Origin: an uncultured archaeon
GTDB taxonomy: Archaea; Asgardarchaeota; Thorarchaeia; Thorarchaeales; CAZPUN01
Direction of reading: 5' to 3'
Length of the DNA: 32,000 bases
Assembly: GCA_964589775.1 (NCBI GenBank)
Contig: CAZPUN010000055.1
Span: 1 to 32,000, forward strand
The position numbers were made by a program, and so were the translations under genes. The notes under the pieces were generated by a model. It was not told the DNA's origin. It did not search any database and saw nothing but the letters and a program-made list of their open reading frames with translations. Each line of letters begins with the position of its first letter. The stretch's first letter is position 1. Positions 1 through 9,203 of this stretch are shown here, in pieces.

Positions 1-173
1 TTTTGAACGCGATATGAAGATACTTCTTTCGTGCCATTTACATATTCAATGTTTTTTATTTCTAATGTATATTTATATTCGTCGCCCATGGAATATGCGG
101 ACGTTGTAATAGGCATAACAAAAAGGACAACTAAAGACAAAAGTATAGCTGCACTTACAAATTTACGGTTCAT
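1..173 (-). CDS. Secreted/surface protein, N-terminal part only (runs off the window edge)
   Basis: Not in the ORF track. The minus strand reads AAGGAGG-atagtac-ATG(173) then MNRKFVSAAILLSLVVLFVMPITTSAYSMGDEYKYTLEIKNIEYVNGTKEVSSYRVQ, open to position 1. Strong SD and a Sec-type signal peptide. Confidence 0.8.
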   Translation of the reverse strand, partial: MNRKFVSAAILLSLVVLFVMPITTSAYSMGDEYKYTLEIKNIEYVNGTKEVSSYRVQ

Positions 174-357
174 GTACTATCCTCCTTATATTAATCAAAT
201 TCACGCAAACAAACTTCCCGCGATAATATGCGATAAATCTGTCTAATTTAATTTTGTTTATATCTGATTTTTTTATTTTTAAAATTTCTCTTCATTCACA
301 ACATTTAAAGGCAAAGATAGTCTAATTAACAATAGTTAGTATTAGGAGATATAGAAT

Positions 358-729
358 TTGAAAAAAGCACCACTACTCCCGGAAGAAGTAATCGTCTGGT
401 ACATAATTCCTGCTATAAGACGAGAATTAACAGTCACATTATATAAGAAAGGGCTAAAGCAGAGTGAAATTGCAAAATTATTAAACTTGACAAACGCCGC
501 AGTATCACAGTATCTAAAAGCAAAACGAGCGACAACAATAAAATTCGACGATGAAACTTTGAAGATCCTCGAGGAAGCAGCTGAGTCAATACTTGAAAAT
601 GACGATTTAGAGAACCTAATACGCCAGATTGAAAATATTATCAATTATCTAAGAAAGACAAGAAAGATCTGTAAGATACATTCTGACTTAAATAATAGGA
701 TTCCAGATGAATGTACTGCATGTATTTGA
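358..729 (+). CDS. Archaeal XRE-like HTH transcriptional regulator (COG2522-type) with C-terminal Cys/His motif
   Basis: IIPAIRREL...GLKQSEIAKLLNLTNAAVSQYL..KR HTH; C-terminal C-x2-H...C-x2-C; AGGAG SD before TTG. Confidence 0.8.
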   Translation: MKKAPLLPEEVIVWYIIPAIRRELTVTLYKKGLKQSEIAKLLNLTNAAVSQYLKAKRATTIKFDDETLKILEEAAESILENDDLENLIRQIENIINYLRKTRKICKIHSDLNNRIPDECTACI

Positions 730-895
730 TTTTTAAAATAGTTCTAGCATGTATAAGGAAATTCCATGATAGCGCAAAATATATAAATATTTTTTCACTT
801 TTGGAATCGCGGAGCAAAATTAGTCATACACTAAAAGTATATAAAGATATAAATGTTAGTATTACTTGAAGCGTTGTGGGAAGGAGAGAAATGAC

Positions 896-1126
896 ATGTC
901 GGCATTTAATAAAAAGATGAATTATGTAGGAAGTAAGGACCCTCAGTTTGTTATTACGGAACTTGCGGCTACATTATACCGTGATAATTTGCTTAACTTA
1001 GAACAAGCATCTAAAATGGCTGGACTGCCGATCAAACAATTCGTCGCTGAATTAAAGTTACGAAACATAAAGATAGTAGAGTCCGATAGGTTTCAGTTAG
1101 TTAAGAAAGAGGTAGACGGTGCTTAA
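896..1126 (+). CDS. UPF0175-family small protein (HTH-like, antitoxin-like)
   Basis: LAATLYRDNLLNLEQASKMAGL..KQFVAELK.RNI matches the UPF0175 pattern. ATG at 896 follows AAGGAG; the track starts at 866. Confidence 0.7.
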   Translation: MSAFNKKMNYVGSKDPQFVITELAATLYRDNLLNLEQASKMAGLPIKQFVAELKLRNIKIVESDRFQLVKKEVDGA

Positions 1127-1131
1127 TTGAT

Positions 1132-2229
1132 TTACTTTTTATTGCGGTATCGCTTTCGAGCTTCAAAATAACGTGTTTGTTTTTCGTGCTCCTTCCTTGC
1201 GCGTTCAGCCTTTTTATATTGTGAACAATTATATGAGGCTGCTTTGCGTAATGCAGTGATATTGTCAACAGACCTTTTTCGCTCCTTCATAAGTCTTTCA
1301 GCTTTTCTAAATGCTTCAGCAGCTTCACACCATTTTTCCATCCCAGAATATGCAATTCCTAGAGCATTCCACAAGTCTCCGGAATGTTTGAAATCTTTCA
1401 TGTTCAACAGATATTTAGTATGGCGAGCTGCTTCTTCCCATTCCTTTTCTTCAAGAAGTATTTGAATTAGATGTTGTCGTGCGCGAACTACGTTAGGATC
1501 AATCTTTATCGCTTTCTTAAAGCAGTACGTGGCTTCTTTATAGTCTTTATCCTCCATACTTACAATACCCAATAAAGTCCATGTGTCTGTGTCTCGCTTA
1601 TTGACTTTGAGAACTTGCTCAAGTGCCTTTCGTGCCTTGTTTAACTTTTTCATCTGAAGTAGAATATACGCTTTCAGCTTCAAAGCTTCAATGTGGTTCT
1701 TATCGATCTTGAGCAATTTATCGAGAGTCTCCAGTGCTTTCGAATATTTCGCGAATCGATTATATAATAGAGCCTTTTGGAACAGAACTTCGGTTGTATT
1801 CCAATTTATCTGCAGTAATTTATCGAAAAACTTGTCTGCTTCGATACTATGAGCTTTACTTAAGTTTATACCAATCTGATATACGATATTTGGATTGTTA
1901 GGTTCGAGAAGCATAGCTTTTGAAAACGCCTCTAAGGCTTCTTTTATCCGATTCTGAAATGATAATGCTACACCCTTTAGGAACCATGCTTCAGTTGCGG
2001 AAGGATAAAGTGAGATTGCCTCCTCAGCGTATCTTATGACTGCATCGGGCTTTCCCCATTTTAGGAATAGATGGCTTTTCAAAATATATGCTTCTACCTG
2101 CTTGGGATGTTTGTCCAAAATCTCATCGATTAATTGAAGAGCTTTCCGAAGTTCGTTTTTATTGATCAATTCTTCAACTTGCTTAAGTTTTGCTCCTATT
2201 GGTTCGTCCGTTGTACTCATAGGCCTCAA
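1132..2229 (-). CDS. Tetratricopeptide repeat (TPR) protein
   Basis: Repeated ~34-aa helical units (AWFLKGVAL...EALEAFSKAMLLEPNN; TWTLLGIV...EATYCFKKAIKIDPN); basic C-terminal helix. The start may be ATG at 2220. Confidence 0.9.
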   Translation of the reverse strand: MRPMSTTDEPIGAKLKQVEELINKNELRKALQLIDEILDKHPKQVEAYILKSHLFLKWGKPDAVIRYAEEAISLYPSATEAWFLKGVALSFQNRIKEALEAFSKAMLLEPNNPNIVYQIGINLSKAHSIEADKFFDKLLQINWNTTEVLFQKALLYNRFAKYSKALETLDKLLKIDKNHIEALKLKAYILLQMKKLNKARKALEQVLKVNKRDTDTWTLLGIVSMEDKDYKEATYCFKKAIKIDPNVVRARQHLIQILLEEKEWEEAARHTKYLLNMKDFKHSGDLWNALGIAYSGMEKWCEAAEAFRKAERLMKERKRSVDNITALRKAASYNCSQYKKAERARKEHEKQTRYFEARKRYRNKK

Positions 2230-2379
2230 TCCATGAAGAGATAAAGAATTACGCCTTATTAATTTTAAGCTTATTTTTATATTCAGAAACTCTTTTTAAT
2301 AATAGTAGAATAATATATATAAATTACAAAATAAAAAGGAAAATATTAATAAATACCAAAGAAAACGAGGCGTTTTTAT

Positions 2380-3837
2380 TTGAATTCTAAAATTATAACT
2401 ACAATTCTTATATTGATACTTTTCAATCCGATTATCTTAGGTAATAATACACCTATTTATATGACCTATGGGGACCATGCAGCGAAAGGAACTACAGACA
2501 TCATAAATGAATCACGTATTTTATATGATAGCATCGTAATTCCAAGTGGAAGCAGTTTGGAGATTCGAGATTCGGTACTGGATTTCACACATCTGACTGA
2601 TAAATCTATTATGATTGAAAATTATGGGCATTTAAATATAGTAAATACAACTATTATAACGGATCTCAGGTTAAACCATAGTGTGGTAATAAGTAGTTTT
2701 GGAAATTTGTCTGTAAGCATATCAAATATTGTGAATATCAAATACCCAATAGATCTAAGCACAGGAGCAACATTAGTTACGAGTGCTATCACTCAGGATG
2801 GCGGAGAGCTTAGTTTATTTTCCAATTATTTCGAGAATTATACAACTGGCATAATAAATAGCAATTCAAAAGTTACAAAATTATATGGTAATCTGATAAA
2901 GAACTGTTCTAGAGGCTTTGAAACTCAGAATACTAATGATTTTGGTATCGAATATAACACGTTCATAAACTCATTTGTTCATGCCATTGATGGCTATGGG
3001 ATTAATATAACGGTAATTGGAAATCTTATCTATAACGATTTAGCCCTGTTGATGGGAAACAGCTCAATTAATTTGGAAACCAAACAGGTCACAATTGGTA
3101 TAGGATTGACTGGAAATTACAATAATTTTCTGAATAACATCGTGTTCAATACATTTAAGGGACTTTATACATATTCCTCAAACCATACACGAATTGAAAA
3201 TAATATATTCAAGACTTCGCGTGGCATTGAAGGAGAACTACAGCTGCAATCCGTATTCTATTCCGAGATCCGAAACAATACATTTGTGAATCAATGGGAT
3301 CCTATCGAGATTTACAATAGCAAGCATATTGTCATAGAGGATAACATTATAAAAGATGCATCGAGTGGAATTCGTGTAGAAATTGTTGATTATCTCAAAT
3401 ACGCACAACCTGAGAACTATACGATTCGAAATAATATACTCATAAATGCACCCTATACGGCGTTTAGCCATTGCAAAAATATCTTGATTACGCAGAACGT
3501 ATTTAACAACACGGAGATCAAAATCAAAGACGGTTCTGAATTTGTCACGTTTTCAAATAACATTCTAATTATGAGTGAAATTACTGTAGAAAATACCAAA
3601 AATGTTTCAATAACAGAGAATATCATTACATCTCGTAGTTGGGGAATCATGAATAATGGGAATAATGTAAATTTGGTTGTTGAAAACAACACAATAAAAG
3701 GCTTTGGCGGCTTATTACCCATTCCAGAACAATTTGCTACAATTCCAACCCTGTACCTAATCATTGGCTTCATTGCATTTTTCGGCATAATTGCATTTGT
3801 GTTAATACATATAATCATAAAAAAAGTTCGAAAATGA
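2380..3837 (+). CDS. Membrane-anchored right-handed parallel beta-helix (NosD/pectin-lyase-like) surface protein
   Basis: N-terminal signal peptide; many (I/V)xxN-x-(I/F) Asn-ladder repeats; C-terminal TM helix followed by KKVRK. Confidence 0.8.
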   Translation: MNSKIITTILILILFNPIILGNNTPIYMTYGDHAAKGTTDIINESRILYDSIVIPSGSSLEIRDSVLDFTHLTDKSIMIENYGHLNIVNTTIITDLRLNHSVVISSFGNLSVSISNIVNIKYPIDLSTGATLVTSAITQDGGELSLFSNYFENYTTGIINSNSKVTKLYGNLIKNCSRGFETQNTNDFGIEYNTFINSFVHAIDGYGINITVIGNLIYNDLALLMGNSSINLETKQVTIGIGLTGNYNNFLNNIVFNTFKGLYTYSSNHTRIENNIFKTSRGIEGELQLQSVFYSEIRNNTFVNQWDPIEIYNSKHIVIEDNIIKDASSGIRVEIVDYLKYAQPENYTIRNNILINAPYTAFSHCKNILITQNVFNNTEIKIKDGSEFVTFSNNILIMSEITVENTKNVSITENIITSRSWGIMNNGNNVNLVVENNTIKGFGGLLPIPEQFATIPTLYLIIGFIAFFGIIAFVLIHIIIKKVRK

Positions 3838-3870
3838 GAAAATTAAGCCGTCTGGAACTTATTCCCATTC

Positions 3871-3919
3871 ATTTTTTTCTTCTCTTCCTTTTGATAATAA
3901 TTCATAAAAAAGAGAAAAA
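3871..3919. terminator. Probable bidirectional U-rich terminator region between convergent genes
   Basis: Pyrimidine tract on + (3872-3892) and A-rich tract (T-tract on -, 3905-3919) between the stop codons at 3837 and 3927. Confidence 0.5.
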
Positions 3920-3926
3920 GCGAGGC

Positions 3927-4895
3927 TCATTTGCCTTTGAAGATTATTATGAGAGCTGCAATTGTGATTAATATTCCACTCCCAATTCCAAGAGTCCATG
4001 TGAATAACATCGTAAGTAATCCGAATGGCATGAGAATCGCTGAACCTATACTAAATAGAACTATGAGAATTACAAAATATGCAGGAGATATTGAAACGCG
4101 TGGTACTGTGTGTGTAAAATCTAAATTATATGTTTTCCAGAGTATATATCCAAATAAGCCGTAGAGTATCCAGATAATGATCTGAGGCATAATTCCAGGA
4201 AGAGAATCCACTCTGAGTGTAGCTGTGAAATAGATGTAATACAAGATTAGAGCTCCGGAAAGTATTTTAAATTCACGAGTATTAGGCATGAGGTCTCTCA
4301 TTGATTCTTCATGAACATGTTCTCTGAGCCATATACCAAGAAAGAATATGATAAAGCCGTTAATTAATGCGGATGCAAAGCCAAGCGATGGGGTCGAGTT
4401 CATAGCTTTATATGCTCCGCAGAGAATAGCAAATATCAGAAGCATTAATCGTGCAGAACTTTCATCAGAAAATCGATTAATGAACCATTGTGGCATGCCG
4501 CCCATTATTTCTCTTGAAGATGTAATAATTTCAGCAAATAGAAGCGGTATTATAAATGCCATGAATGGGTGCCAAAAGAATACCAGTGCTAGGGTCTGAA
4601 TAGGAGCTACACCACCGACTATGATGTAAGGTCCCCAGTTTGGATCCCACAGAACTTTAGTGATATATGCCTCATAAAGGCCAAAGATAGCTCCTGCAGC
4701 GAATAGGGAAAATATATTTGGCTTGCCTCGGAAAACAACTGTACCAAGCACAAGGATATGAAGCGTATATAATGGAATTACGGAATAATAGCCCCAATAG
4801 TCAAACAAGGGATATGGAAATGAACCACTAACAACTTCTGCAAAAAAAGTAGAAAGCAGCCCGAGATATATCCAGAAAATATATTTATACTTCAT
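3927..4895 (-). CDS. Polytopic integral membrane protein of unknown function
   Basis: About 10-11 hydrophobic segments; GGTGAG SD upstream of ATG. Confidence 0.8.
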   Translation of the reverse strand: MKYKYIFWIYLGLLSTFFAEVVSGSFPYPLFDYWGYYSVIPLYTLHILVLGTVVFRGKPNIFSLFAAGAIFGLYEAYITKVLWDPNWGPYIIVGGVAPIQTLALVFFWHPFMAFIIPLLFAEIITSSREIMGGMPQWFINRFSDESSARLMLLIFAILCGAYKAMNSTPSLGFASALINGFIIFFLGIWLREHVHEESMRDLMPNTREFKILSGALILYYIYFTATLRVDSLPGIMPQIIIWILYGLFGYILWKTYNLDFTHTVPRVSISPAYFVILIVLFSIGSAILMPFGLLTMLFTWTLGIGSGILITIAALIIIFKGK

Positions 4896-5029
4896 ACATT
4901 ACTCACCCAAGTTGCATATAAAACCATCAATTCATGAATGATCGATTTTTAGATGCCTAAGTATATGATTATTTTAAACATGGAATATTTATATATTTTT
5001 AATAACTCAAGAGCAATGAGGGAACTAAA

Positions 5030-5731
5030 ATTACGCGAGTAATATTCATGTCTGATATTCATGGCAATTTGCCAGCATTAGAACAGTTATTGAAAAAAGA
5101 ACGCTTTGATAAATTAGTTTTTTTAGGTGATGCTGTGGATTATGGACCATGGCCAACTGAGGTCATCGATATTTTAAGAGAAGAAGCTGACCACGCTGTA
5201 ATGGGCAATCACGACAGCGCAGTGGCATTTAGAATCGATTGCATGTGTTCTCAGGAAATGCATCCAATTTCAGTCTGGACCCGAGAACAAACTCTCGAAT
5301 GGTATTCAAAAGAGCATCTGGATTGGTTAAGAAACTTGCCGATAGAGAAGTCACTTGAATTTGACGGAATAAAGATCTATATCGTGCATGCATCACCGAA
5401 GAATCATCTCTATGGTTATTTGAAACCTGATATGAATAATGATGAAATTCTGAAATTAGTTAATGATATGTCTGCATATGATTATGTTTTAACAGCGCAT
5501 TCACATAGACCATTCATACGCAAATTTTCTGGCTTTACACTGGTAAACGATGGAAGTGTCGGGCAGCCACGAGACGGAAATCCGATGCTTGCATACGCGG
5601 TTCTTGATACAAAAAAGGACAAGATTGAGATTAAGCGGATGGATTATCCAAGAGACGTAGTAATTCACAAACTCAAAGAATTGAACTGGCCAAGAAAATT
5701 AGTAGATTTAATTGAAAAAGGAAGAACGTAG
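5030..5731 (+). CDS. Metallophosphoesterase (calcineurin-like, YfcE/MJ0912 type)
   Basis: Motifs SDIHGN, LGDAVDYG, GNHD, VHASP, AHSH, GSVGQPRDG. First ATG is at 5048; I extend the start to an in-frame ATT at 5030 (see findings). Confidence 0.9.
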   Translation: MTRVIFMSDIHGNLPALEQLLKKERFDKLVFLGDAVDYGPWPTEVIDILREEADHAVMGNHDSAVAFRIDCMCSQEMHPISVWTREQTLEWYSKEHLDWLRNLPIEKSLEFDGIKIYIVHASPKNHLYGYLKPDMNNDEILKLVNDMSAYDYVLTAHSHRPFIRKFSGFTLVNDGSVGQPRDGNPMLAYAVLDTKKDKIEIKRMDYPRDVVIHKLKELNWPRKLVDLIEKGRT

Positions 5732-5746
5732 AGCAGATAGCTCTAC
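5728..5746. terminator. Small hairpin between convergent genes
   Basis: GTAGAGC-agata-GCTCTAC, a perfect 7-bp inverted repeat spanning the stop at 5731 and most of the gap to 5751. Confidence 0.4.
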
Positions 5747-5750
5747 TTAA

Positions 5751-7529
5751 CTATTTGTTCATGAATATTCGCGGTTTTGGATAAAGATCGATATCATCGC
5801 TGGAGGACTTTTTCACGGCATATCGATAAGACTTGAGAATATCAGTCTTAGTTATGAATCCAATCATTTTATTTGGATTGTCAGGATCAACCACAACAGC
5901 GTGTCCTTCATCCTTCTCAATCATTTTATAGAGAAGTTCATCCACGTTTATGTCTGGATAGACTTTCAAAAAGTCTTTATCAACCAATTCTGCAACAGTA
6001 TATTGTGAGCCATCTTCCTTTGGCTCTATGCGAAGATCCTCCGCAATCACAGTTCCGATTATTTCGCCTTTATCATTAACAACTGGAAACTTTGTGTGTT
6101 TTGTTTCTTCAACCACTTCAATGGCTTCAATGGCGGTCATGCTTTCTTTTAGTATTGTTGGCTTTTTAGTCATGATATCCCTTGCGGTAAGATTTTTCAA
6201 GACTGACATGTTTATACCGTGAAACAGGTCAATACCTTCTTCATGAAGTTCCTCAAGGTACATACTTCTTGGGTTGTATAATTTCGTGACTGCTTGTGCT
6301 GTAGCCGCAGCAAACATCAATGGAACAATTAGGAAATAGTCATGGGTCATATCAATAACAAGAGCAATCATAGTAATTGGAGCATGTGCCACAGCTGCCA
6401 TAAAGCCTGCCATACCGACAGCCGCAAATATAACCGGATGGGTGATTGTTCCCGGGAACAGAGAGTTCACAGTAGTTGCGAATAAACTTCCAATGATCGA
6501 ACCCATTACGAGGTTCGGAGCAATATCTCCACCACTCATTCCTGACCCAAGTGTGAATGCCGTGCCAAATATCTTCAAACCAAGAGCAAATAAGAGCATT
6601 AGAATCGGGATTTGGTTCATACTAATTTCTTGAATGAGCGAATTAATGAATCCATATTCCAAACTTGGAAGTACAGGTGTAGTAAATAACATTACATCTA
6701 CAATTGCCAACATACCAACAACTATCGCACCTAAAGTTGGTTTGAACATTCTTGCGAAATTAACTCGAAGGAACCACTTTCGAACCGTATAGAATATGTG
6801 CATCCAGAGAATACCAAATAAGCCAAGTACAATACCAACAACTAGAAATAATGGAATCTCATTTAATGTTGCGACACCAGTATAAGGAATAATAATAGAC
6901 GGGTTTGCGCCATAGAACAGCTGGGCAACTGCAACTGCAGTAACTGAAGATAATGCGACCGTAATTGCAGAAACTGTCAGAACCCCACCCATGAGCAATT
7001 CGAGACCAAAAAGAAGACCACCCATCGGAGCATTGAAAGTTGCAGCGATTCCACCCGCCGCTCCACATACCACAAGCGTTTTCATCTGGAGTCGATTCAA
7101 ATTGAGTTTACTACCAAACCAAGATGCAACTCCAGCACCGATTTGCGCAATTGGACCTTCACGACCTGCACTTGCACCCGAGGCTAATGTCAGAGATGAT
7201 GCTACTACCTTTGCTATAGGTACCTTCTTATCTATCCTACCGCCTTCTAGAGCAATCGCCTCAATTACTTGTGGAACACCATTACCTCGAGCTTCAGGAG
7301 CAAATTTCTCTACAAATGGTCCCTGGATCAATGCAGCTATCACTGGCGATGCAAGAGCTCCAAATATTCCTAGAATCGCGAGCCCAGTGATGAACCCTGC
7401 TCTCATAAAATCAATCAGCGCTCGAAAACCTACTGCAACAAGCCCTGATAATAGTCCAACAATGATTCCTAAAAGGTGCATCTTCAATTCTTGCGTGCTT
7501 GCGATGCGACGTATTCTCTGTGACATCAT
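5751..7529 (-). CDS. CLC-family anion channel/transporter with C-terminal CBS pair
   Basis: GxGVP, GREGP, GAAGGIAATFNAPMGG and GGxxAP motifs; C-terminal CBS domains (ARDIMT...FPVV...IGFITKTDIL). Confidence 0.93.
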   Translation of the reverse strand: MMSQRIRRIASTQELKMHLLGIIVGLLSGLVAVGFRALIDFMRAGFITGLAILGIFGALASPVIAALIQGPFVEKFAPEARGNGVPQVIEAIALEGGRIDKKVPIAKVVASSLTLASGASAGREGPIAQIGAGVASWFGSKLNLNRLQMKTLVVCGAAGGIAATFNAPMGGLLFGLELLMGGVLTVSAITVALSSVTAVAVAQLFYGANPSIIIPYTGVATLNEIPLFLVVGIVLGLFGILWMHIFYTVRKWFLRVNFARMFKPTLGAIVVGMLAIVDVMLFTTPVLPSLEYGFINSLIQEISMNQIPILMLLFALGLKIFGTAFTLGSGMSGGDIAPNLVMGSIIGSLFATTVNSLFPGTITHPVIFAAVGMAGFMAAVAHAPITMIALVIDMTHDYFLIVPLMFAAATAQAVTKLYNPRSMYLEELHEEGIDLFHGINMSVLKNLTARDIMTKKPTILKESMTAIEAIEVVEETKHTKFPVVNDKGEIIGTVIAEDLRIEPKEDGSQYTVAELVDKDFLKVYPDINVDELLYKMIEKDEGHAVVVDPDNPNKMIGFITKTDILKSYRYAVKKSSSDDIDLYPKPRIFMNK

Positions 7530-7576
7530 AGATCGCCTGTTCCTTTTTTACTACCCAATTTTGTAGCAAGTCAAAA

Positions 7577-7594
7577 TTATATATACGCTTTTCG
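7577..7594 (-). promoter_or_regulatory. Putative BRE/TATA promoter of the CLC gene
   Basis: The minus strand reads CGAAAAGCG-TATATATAA about 50 nt upstream of the ATG. Confidence 0.5.
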
Positions 7595-8135
7595 ACGACA
7601 CAAATATAAATTTATAGGATTTTGCTACTACACAGTAATATGTTCATAGGTCCGTGGACTTTCTTACAAAAAATTTACGAGAATACATCGATATTGATTT
7701 CAATATTTTAGTATTAGAACAGTACTCTACGTGTATGTTAATGAATATGAACTGCCCTAAAAAGATATCAGTATAATATCAGTACAGAGTATTTATGATT
7801 TTCCGAACTAGACGTTCTTATGTATGCGTTTTGGTAAATATTTAGGCAATTCAACATTATTCTCGTTTAGTATTTATTCTTAAGCAGGTTTAATAGATCG
7901 AGAACTTAAATGTCGAGAGCACAACACAATGTCTCATTTGTAAGATTGAGAATGAGAATATATGCAATAATTTCATGAAAAATTTAGTATATCTTAAAAT
8001 CGCTTTTTATATTAGTTTTTATAAAATAATAGTAATCATGATTGAACAGATGAAATAGCATCTATCAAAAAGCAATAATTTAAATACTATTTTTTGCCGT
8101 TTTTGAACGTAATTATAAAAGGAAAGAAGGAAGTA

Positions 8136-9191
8136 ATGACCTTGGCGAAAGTAGGAATAGTAGGCTATGGAGCATACGTTCCAAGATTTAGGATCAAAGC
8201 CGAGGAGATTGCGAAAGTCTGGGGCAAAGATGGCAAAGCGATTTCTTCAGGTTTGGGATTGATTGAGAAGTCAGTTCCGGACATTGACGAAGACGCTGCC
8301 ACAATTGCCGTTGAGGCTGCTAGAAATGCTGTAAAGCATGCAGGCATTGATCCTAATAAAATTGGAGCGGTATATGTAGGTTCCGAATCACACCCCTACG
8401 CTGTAAAACCAACTGCTACAATAGTAATTGAGGCACTTGGAATTTCTGGCAAGGATATAACTGCAGCAGACTATGAGTTCGCATGCAAGGCAGGAACTGC
8501 TGCAATTCAAACGAACATGGGCCTTGTACAATCTGGAATGATTGAGATGGGACTTGCAATTGGAGCGGACACATCGCAAGGACGCCCCGGAGACGCTCTT
8601 GAGTTTTCAGCGGCTGCTGGTGGTGCTGCATTTATCATTGGAAAGGAAGATTTAGTAGCTGAAATTCAGGGAACATATTCATTTACGACAGATACTCCAG
8701 ACTTCTGGAGAAGAGAAGGCGCTGATTTTCCAAAGCACGGCGCAAGATTCACAGGCAAGCCTGCATACTTCAGACACATTACTGAAGCTGCAAAGGGCTT
8801 GATGGAAAAGATGGGAACGACTCCTGAAGATTATGATTTCTTTGTACCACATCAACCAAATGGTAAATTCCCAATGAGAGTTTCCAAGATGCTTGGATTC
8901 CCCAAGGAGAAAGTAGAACCCTCATTGATGGTTAGATACATTGGAAATACATATTCCGGTTCTTCAGTTGTTGGACTTTCTGCAGTTCTTGACATTGCAA
9001 AGCCCGGCCAGAGGATCTTAATGACCTCATTCGGTTCCGGAGCAGGAAGTGATGCATTCGATATATTAGTCACAGATAAAATCGAAGAGAAAAGAGGCAG
9101 AGTTCCAACTGTAAAATATTACGTGGATCGCAAGAAATACATCGACTACGGTACCTACGTGAAGAACCGCAGGAAGCTAAAGTCACTTTAA
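8136..9191 (+). CDS. hmgB: Archaeal hydroxymethylglutaryl-CoA synthase
   Basis: [19 protein letters not shown] (catalytic Cys), [26 protein letters not shown] at 8136 preferred over the track TTG at 8094. Confidence 0.95.
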   Translation: MTLAKVGIVGYGAYVPRFRIKAEEIAKVWGKDGKAISSGLGLIEKSVPDIDEDAATIAVEAARNAVKHAGIDPNKIGAVYVGSESHPYAVKPTATIVIEALGISGKDITAADYEFACKAGTAAIQTNMGLVQSGMIEMGLAIGADTSQGRPGDALEFSAAAGGAAFIIGKEDLVAEIQGTYSFTTDTPDFWRREGADFPKHGARFTGKPAYFRHITEAAKGLMEKMGTTPEDYDFFVPHQPNGKFPMRVSKMLGFPKEKVEPSLMVRYIGNTYSGSSVVGLSAVLDIAKPGQRILMTSFGSGAGSDAFDILVTDKIEEKRGRVPTVKYYVDRKKYIDYGTYVKNRRKLKSL

Positions 9192-9203
9192 GGGGGTCAG
9201 AAA

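Noticed and set aside
220-236. GCGATAA direct repeat with 10-bp period
   Set aside because: Only two 7-mers; cannot be distinguished from chance.
31-246. Track ORF of 71 aa on the + strand
   Set aside because: Antisense shadow of the minus-strand signal-peptide gene starting at 173, which has a strong SD.
6991-7566. 191-aa + strand ORF and the many other short ORFs nested in or antisense to long genes
   Set aside because: They overlap well-supported genes and show no motifs; typical shadow frames.
7530-7640. Fluoride (crcB) riboswitch upstream of the CLC gene
   Set aside because: The consensus elements are not present, the leader after the TATA box is too short, and the CLC lacks CLC-F motifs.
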